From Candidatus Latescibacterota bacterium (GTDB taxonomy: Bacteria > Latescibacterota > UBA2968 > GCA-2709665), in contig OZ242358.1 of the NCBI GenBank assembly GCA_965208835.1, positions 1,888,001-1,952,000 of the forward strand: DNA of 64,000 bases, read 5' to 3'. A model generated the notes under the pieces. That model ran no database searches. It saw nothing but the letters and a program-made list of their open reading frames with translations, and had not been told where the DNA came from. Positions 58,686-64,000 of the stretch are shown here, piece by piece (position 1 is the first letter of the stretch; each line of letters opens with the position of its first letter). Position numbers and translations under genes: made by a program.

Positions 58686-60899
58686 TCAGTGCCTTGCCGT
58701 AATTCCGAGCGAAATACGTCTGGGCGAACCCAGATTGCGTTCGACAACGGCGTAGTTGTACTCCAGGGCGTTATGTGCCTTCAGCACCACCTGGGCCTCT
58801 CCGAACGCGTACGAGGCCGAGACGTCGAGCAGATAAACGGGTATGAGATCGCGGTTTCCTTCCGGTAACAGTCCGGAAGCGCGCAGGATTCGGCTTCTGA
58901 ACCTGAAACGGCCTCCCAGTGTGAGTCGGCCGAATGTGGTCTGTATACCCGCGGTGCCGATGTGCCGGGAGCGATAGGGCAGCGGAAGGTCCCCCTCCGG
59001 CAAGTTTTCGATCGCGCTGATGAACGTATAGTTCCCCTCGAGGCGAACCGGATCGATCGCCGCGGCCAGGCTCGTCTCGACGCCGGCAATACGGCCCTTC
59101 GCAACGTTTCTGAACTGCACGACGCCGGTGGCGTCCGGCCTGGCCTCCACGAGGTCCTGGTAGCGGCTCCAGAATGCCGCGGCGTTGATGACGGACCAGG
59201 GAGTCGGACGGTGATCCAGCGCGACTTCGGCGGAGGTGCTCCTCTCGGCCACAAGGCCGGTGTTGGGAATAATCGGAATCGCGGAGAAGGTGGCGTCGGT
59301 GTAGATTTCGGCGATCGATGGGCCTCTGAAACCCCATCCCAGCGTCCCGCGCAACGTGGTGCGTCCGGATGTGCGATACGAGAACCCAAGCTTGGGGCTC
59401 AAACGGTTCTCCGCGCCGCGGTCGTCGGTGCGATATCGGTCGTAGCGGCTGCCCGCCGACAGCGTAACCCGATCCGTGGGTTCGATTTCGGCCTGGGCAT
59501 AGCCCGCCAGGTTGAGCCCGGTGTGATTGCCGAAGAGATGATCGGAAGAATTCACGACGTCATGAATCCACTGTGTGCCGACCGTCAGCGCCACCTTCGC
59601 GGCCGGCTGGAGATCCAACTGGAGTTCCTGTCCCAGCTTGTATGCTTCCGACGACGTTCTCCCGCCGATTTCGTTGTCAAATTCCGTCCGATACACGAAC
59701 GATTTAAGTCGATAGCCCGTTTGCGGATTGAGCAGGTGATAGAAATCGACGTTCAGGTTCAGCTTCTGGGATACGGTCTTGTCTCCTTTGGCGCTTTCAG
59801 GCACCTCCAGTGGCTCGTTCCTGTCTTTCCAGAGCACGAAGGTGCCATGATCGTCCAGCGCCCAGTTGCCGGTTGCGGTTAACGTCGCCGCTGCCTTGAA
59901 CCGGTGTCTGAGTTTGCCGAAGAGCTTGTATCTCCTGTGCCACGCGTTTTCCCGGAACCCGTTGGTCCACTTCTGCCCCGCACCCAGGATGAATCCGGTG
60001 TTCCCGGACTGCCGGGAATGGCTGATGTCCGTTCCTTCGTAGTATCTCCCGTTCGACGACCAGCGCCACTCCTGGTGGCCGGGTTCGCTGTAACGGCCGC
60101 CCAGGAACCGAAAGTGCGTCTCGGGTTCGGGCGACGGATTCCGCGTAATAACATTGATGATACCCCCGAGCGCGCCCGTGCCGTAGAGTGCGGACCCGGC
60201 GCCCTTGATGACTTCCACGCGCGCGATCTGGTCGACCGGAATGGCGTCCCACTTGACGTCGCCGTTATCGGCGGACAGCGCCGGGAAGCCGTCGATCAGC
60301 ATGAGTACACGGCTTCCCGTACCCCGGGAATAGCCGCTGGACCCCCTTATGTTGACCTGGCCTCCCACCATATTGACACCGGCAACGTACTCAAGGGATT
60401 CGTTCAGCGTGGCCGAATTGTCAGACTGGATTTCCTCAGAGCTGATGAGTGAAACGCTTGTTGGCGCGTCGACGACGTTTCGGGCGCGTTTGCTTGCGGA
60501 GACCACGATGGCGGGCATGTGGATCGGCGAGGACGCGAGCCGGACGGTAAGCCGCAGGGTATCGCCGGCCGCAACCTCGACGTCCTTCATGACATAAGGA
60601 GCGAAACCCAGCAACGAGACGGACAGGGTATATGGACCTGGCGGCAGACCCGTCAGGCGGAACGCGCCTTCGACGTCTGTTTCGGTTCCGATACCAGTGC
60701 CAAGCAATACGACGTTGGCGCCTGGCAACGGTTCACCGGTCGTTTCGTCGGTTGTTGTTCCGACCATCGTCCCGGGGGTTTCCGCCCGCAGTGCCGAACC
60801 CGGAAGCAGAAGGCAGAGGAGGCAGAAACCCCGTACAAATTTGCCGATCCGGCCGATCGGCGCCCTGCACGAGGTCGAAGTAGGTCTGGATATCGACAT
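58686..60899 (-). CDS. TonB-dependent receptor with N-terminal carboxypeptidase-regulatory-like domain
   Basis: TGEPLPGANV, VVSASK, RVEVIKGAGSALYG...GGIINVIT plug, beta-barrel repeats; start uncertain. Confidence 0.9.
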   Translation of the reverse strand: MSISRPTSTSCRAPIGRIGKFVRGFCLLCLLLPGSALRAETPGTMVGTTTDETTGEPLPGANVVLLGTGIGTETDVEGAFRLTGLPPGPYTLSVSLLGFAPYVMKDVEVAAGDTLRLTVRLASSPIHMPAIVVSASKRARNVVDAPTSVSLISSEEIQSDNSATLNESLEYVAGVNMVGGQVNIRGSSGYSRGTGSRVLMLIDGFPALSADNGDVKWDAIPVDQIARVEVIKGAGSALYGTGALGGIINVITRNPSPEPETHFRFLGGRYSEPGHQEWRWSSNGRYYEGTDISHSRQSGNTGFILGAGQKWTNGFRENAWHRRYKLFGKLRHRFKAAATLTATGNWALDDHGTFVLWKDRNEPLEVPESAKGDKTVSQKLNLNVDFYHLLNPQTGYRLKSFVYRTEFDNEIGGRTSSEAYKLGQELQLDLQPAAKVALTVGTQWIHDVVNSSDHLFGNHTGLNLAGYAQAEIEPTDRVTLSAGSRYDRYRTDDRGAENRLSPKLGFSYRTSGRTTLRGTLGWGFRGPSIAEIYTDATFSAIPIIPNTGLVAERSTSAEVALDHRPTPWSVINAAAFWSRYQDLVEARPDATGVVQFRNVAKGRIAGVETSLAAAIDPVRLEGNYTFISAIENLPEGDLPLPYRSRHIGTAGIQTTFGRLTLGGRFRFRSRILRASGLLPEGNRDLIPVYLLDVSASYAFGEAQVVLKAHNALEYNYAVVERNLGSPRRISLGITARH

Positions 60900-61299
60900 T
60901 TTTCGTGGTTTCGCCCAGGCGAACCTGCACCGGTGTGGGCAGGGTGTCGTTGCCAACGTGGTAACAACCGAGCAGAGAGTCAAAGTTCCAGAAGCCGCCG
61001 CGGGGGCGCCAGGCGACCACGACCCACTCGTAGGTGCCCGGCTCTTCCAGGGGGACGAAGTATTCGAAACGGACCGCCCCGATGGTCACGGTTGTGTCCC
61101 AGCCTGCAATATTGAAGAAATCGGCCAGGACCTGCGGGCGTCGCCGGTAGACTGCCACAGCCACGTCATCCGTCTCCGGCGGCCAGTCGCCGTTGAAGAT
61201 GAGGGTTCCCTTGATTCCCGTACCGTCGGGCGGTCCCGGCCCGAGGCCGCCGCCGCAGGCGACAAGGATCAGCAGGGCCGTTGGAATGAAGCGTTTCAT
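60733..61299 (-). CDS. Putative lipoprotein
   Basis: Lipobox LILVA-C after MKRF; beta-rich body; lies directly upstream of the TonB receptor. Confidence 0.75.
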   Translation of the reverse strand: MKRFIPTALLILVACGGGLGPGPPDGTGIKGTLIFNGDWPPETDDVAVAVYRRRPQVLADFFNIAGWDTTVTIGAVRFEYFVPLEEPGTYEWVVVAWRPRGGFWNFDSLLGCYHVGNDTLPTPVQVRLGETTKNVDIQTYFDLVQGADRPDRQICTGFLPPLPSASGFGTAGGNPRDDGRNNNRRNDR

Positions 61300-61369
61300 A
61301 TCGGAGACGCCACGGACCCGCGGCGTCTCCGGTTTCCGCGCGCAATCGTTGTCAAAACGCCGGTTTTCC

Positions 61370-61398
61370 TTGACACGGCAAGGGGTGCGAAATAAGTT
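61370..61398 (+). promoter_or_regulatory. Sigma-70 promoter
   Basis: TTGACA-17 nt-TAAGTT upstream of 61449. Confidence 0.6.
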
Positions 61399-61448
61399 TC
61401 ATCGGAAACCACCATTGTCTCTTCGGCGTTCATTCAGGAGGTCGCTCA

Positions 61449-62510
61449 ATGACTGTTACAACGCTGCGGTCAGCCAAGCTGTCGGCAGGTGCTGTATTCG
61501 AACGAATCGGCGGCACCGAGGCCGCGGCTCACTACGGGGATGCCGCATCCGAGTATGCAACCGTTCGGGAGGCCGCGGGTCTGGTTGATCGGAGCGACCG
61601 GGGTCACCTGCTGGTTACCGGCTCGGACCGCGCGCGTTTCCTGCACGGGATGTTGAGCAACACGGTCGAAGGACTGGAATCCGGAGCGGGCAACTATGCA
61701 ACGATGACCACGCCCAGGGGCCAGACGTTGTCGGACGTATGGGTCTATCATCGTGAGGAAGGGTTCCTGCTGGAGACAGAGCCCGGACTGCAGGCAAAGC
61801 TGATGGCGTCCCTGGACAAATACCTGATCGCGGATGACGTCCGTATCAGGGACGTTACCGGGATACAGGCGACACTCGGCCTACACGGACCGGGCGCCCG
61901 CGCACTGATTGCGAGGGCGCTGGGCGAGGTGTCCTCCGATCTTGCGGATTGCCACACCGTCGTGCGTGGCCTGGGACGTACGGATGTGTCCGTAACCGCA
62001 CGCTCCTATTCGGGAGAGCCCGGCTATGACCTGCGGATCGAGGCGGTCCATGCGCTTCGTCTCTGGAATGTGCTGACTGCCGCGGGCGCGCGCCCCGTGG
62101 GTACCCGGGCCATGGAGGCGTTGCGAATAGAGTCCGGAATACCGCGTTACGGAGTCGACGTGGACGAACGGGTCGTGCCGCTCGAAGCGGGCCTTCATCA
62201 CGCGGTCGACTTCACAAAGGGATGTTTTATTGGCCAGGAAACGATAGCCAAAATGCACAACCTGGGCAAGCCCAGGCGGTATCTGGTCGGCCTGTGCCTT
62301 GAGGCGGATACGGTTCCGCCGCCTGAAACACCGCTTCGAGACGGCGAAAAACAAATCGGGTGGACGACAAGCGGTGTCCGTTCGCCTGCCCTGGAGCGGG
62401 CGGTTTCGCTGGCGTCCGTCCGCAGGGGATATGAACACCCCGGCCTGTTTCTGTCCGTAGACGGGGGAGGTCGGGCAAAGGTCGTCGAACTGCCCTTTTA
62501 CAGACGATAG
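61449..62510 (+). CDS. Folate-binding aminomethyltransferase family protein (YgfZ/GcvT-like)
   Basis: GEPGYDL, LRIESG, YgfZ signature KGCFIGQE; AGGAGG RBS. Confidence 0.88.
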   Translation: MTVTTLRSAKLSAGAVFERIGGTEAAAHYGDAASEYATVREAAGLVDRSDRGHLLVTGSDRARFLHGMLSNTVEGLESGAGNYATMTTPRGQTLSDVWVYHREEGFLLETEPGLQAKLMASLDKYLIADDVRIRDVTGIQATLGLHGPGARALIARALGEVSSDLADCHTVVRGLGRTDVSVTARSYSGEPGYDLRIEAVHALRLWNVLTAAGARPVGTRAMEALRIESGIPRYGVDVDERVVPLEAGLHHAVDFTKGCFIGQETIAKMHNLGKPRRYLVGLCLEADTVPPPETPLRDGEKQIGWTTSGVRSPALERAVSLASVRRGYEHPGLFLSVDGGGRAKVVELPFYRR

Positions 62511-62710
62511 CCAGCCAGCAGGGTTGCAGGACCATCGCGTTACAATACAGGCGCAAATTGGCGATGTCAAGGGCTTTTTGTCTCACGAAGAGGCATCGTC
62601 GTCGGCGGTCTTCATCACCCGGAATCCATAGGGATGTTGACTCTGCACATTTGTTCATTTATATTGATGTCGACGAAGGAATCGAGTGTCGTGCGTCCAC
62701 GGTGGCGCCG

Positions 62711-62864
62711 GTAGCAGTCCGTTGGTAAAGTTGCTCTGCAGGCGAGGCCGAAGACAAGGCGCGCGACCGAGTCCCATCCTGCGATTCGGCGAGGGCGCGC
62801 AACGCAGTATTTCGACCGCGAGGGCCGGCCGCAACCCGGATGGACTTTTCCAACGGGCTGGTAG
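62711..62864 (-). mobile_element. MITE family A copy with GTAG flanks
   Basis: Reverse complement of the 9913/47076 element. Confidence 0.82.
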
Positions 62865-62922
62865 GGTTTTGCGGGGCAATTCGAGGCGTAGTGGGTTGAT
62901 AAGGAAGCGATAGAGACCGGCA

Positions 62923-63279
62923 ATGGGAAACGACGTGTTTCGTCTTAGAAATATGAGGTTTTATGCCTATCACGGACTGTTTCCCGAAGAGGCGAAATTG
63001 GGGCAGTGGTTTGAAGTGGACGTGGAGATCTTCTCCGACTTCAGGGGTTATGCCCGCAAAGCCGCCGCCGGCGCTTTCGACTATGCGAAGGTCTATGAAG
63101 CCACGAAGAAGGTCGTTACCTCGGAACGTTTCGGACTCGTGGAGGCACTGGCCGACCGGATAGCGGAGGTTCTGCAGTCGAGCTTTCATCTGAAGCGTCT
63201 GCTGGTCAGGGTGCGTAAACCCAATCCGCCCATGCAGGCTTTATTCGATGGCGTGGAAGTGGAAGTGGAGCGGGGATGA
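62923..63279 (+). CDS. folB: Dihydroneopterin aldolase
   Basis: FYAYHG, EE..LGQ.F, DY, LVE.LA, RKPNPP. Confidence 0.93.
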   Translation: MGNDVFRLRNMRFYAYHGLFPEEAKLGQWFEVDVEIFSDFRGYARKAAAGAFDYAKVYEATKKVVTSERFGLVEALADRIAEVLQSSFHLKRLLVRVRKPNPPMQALFDGVEVEVERG

Positions 63280-63282
63280 CTA

Positions 63283-63795
63283 ATGGCGCTCTCCTACATC
63301 GGTATGGGGGCTAACCTGGACGACCGGGCGGCTGTATTGCGCCGGGCCGTCGCCGCGCTCGACGAACACGACAGACTTGACGTGAAGGCCGCCTCCGCCG
63401 TCTACGAGACCGCTCCGGTCGGGGTTACCGCGCAGCCGATGTTCCTGAATGCGGTGGTTGCCGCGGAAACAGACTTCGAACCGCGTGCGCTGCTGGAATG
63501 TCTGCTCGCCGTCGAAAACAGGTTCGGAAGGGTTCGCAGGCAAAGGTGGGGGCCGAGGCTGCTGGATCTGGATATCCTGCTCTACGAGAATGAGATTTTT
63601 CGTGGTCCAGGGCTGGAGATTCCACATCCGAGATTACATGAGCGGGCTTTTGTACTGGCTCCTCTGTGCGAGCTGGCGCCAGGGGGTCGCCATCCGGTAT
63701 TCAACAAGACCTTTTCGGAATTGGCCGAATCGATCGTTCCGACGCAGGAAGTGCGAAAGCTGGACGGCGTTTCACTGCTGTCGGTTTGCACATAA
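63283..63795 (+). CDS. folK: 2-amino-4-hydroxy-6-hydroxymethyldihydropteridine diphosphokinase
   Basis: YIGMGANL, YETAP, FLNAV, WGPRLLDLDIL, IPHPRLHERAFVLAPL. Confidence 0.95.
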   Translation: MALSYIGMGANLDDRAAVLRRAVAALDEHDRLDVKAASAVYETAPVGVTAQPMFLNAVVAAETDFEPRALLECLLAVENRFGRVRRQRWGPRLLDLDILLYENEIFRGPGLEIPHPRLHERAFVLAPLCELAPGGRHPVFNKTFSELAESIVPTQEVRKLDGVSLLSVCT

Positions 63796-63806
63796 GGGCG
63801 TGTTCC

Positions 63807-64000
63807 GTGGCCGTACGATACCTTGCGATCGAAGGCCCCCCCTGCGTGGGCAAGACCGAGCTTGCATGCCTCCTGGGAAGGTCGATGAAGGCGCGCCTGG
63901 TCCTCGAGGAGGCGGAGGAGAACCCCTTTCTGCCCCTTTTTTACGAAAACCCGGAGCACTACGGATTCCAAACGCAGGTATTCTTTATGTTGCACCGGTA
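63807..64000 (+). CDS. Deoxynucleoside kinase, partial (runs off the window)
   Basis: Manual translation MAVRYLAIEGPPCVGKT...ENPFLPLFY...FQTQVFF; usual position after folK. Confidence 0.88.
   Translation, partial: MAVRYLAIEGPPCVGKTELACLLGRSMKARLVLEEAEENPFLPLFYENPEHYGFQTQVFFMLHR

Noticed and set aside
61300-61340. Hairpin CGGAGACGCC...GGCGTCTCCG upstream of the lipoprotein/TonB receptor as a riboswitch
   Set aside because: A single short stem without B12-box or other aptamer motifs

Overview
GC-rich bacterial chromosomal window with about 50 CDS, 2 tRNAs (Phe-GAA, Val-GAC) and no transposase, prophage or CRISPR array. Four PhyH dioxygenases, two enolase-superfamily dehydratases, two Gfo/Idh/MocA oxidoreductases, a heparinase II/III protein, a TonB receptor and BMC shell genes suggest an uncultured diderm heterotroph such as a Latescibacterota- or Poribacteria-like lineage (inference only). 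Housekeeping genes include dapF, rlmN, murA, cca, cysC, murD, a sigma-70 factor, qor, folB, folK and a deoxynucleoside kinase. The most unusual locus is a minus-strand operon (10068-15837). It encodes a BMC shell protein with FOUR tandem non-permuted BMC domains next to a TWO-domain BMC protein (4+2=6, a candidate fully asymmetric two-chain hexamer), followed by a DHDPS-family aldolase with an extra N-terminal domain, a PHP hydrolase, a PhyH dioxygenase and an MDR dehydrogenase. Other notable items: a giant M28-peptidase-like/FtsX permease + OPT-like + DUF6785-like + ABC ATPase module; a Ser/Ser DapF; a Cys-to-Asp MurA; an HxG (halogenase-like) PhyH; a BpsA-like polyamine synthase coupled to a DUF2156 transferase; an orphan MotA/ExbB-type pair; and four MITE families, three of which share an internal CGTT/CCTT loop motif. 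All family calls come from motif recognition by eye; no database search was run.
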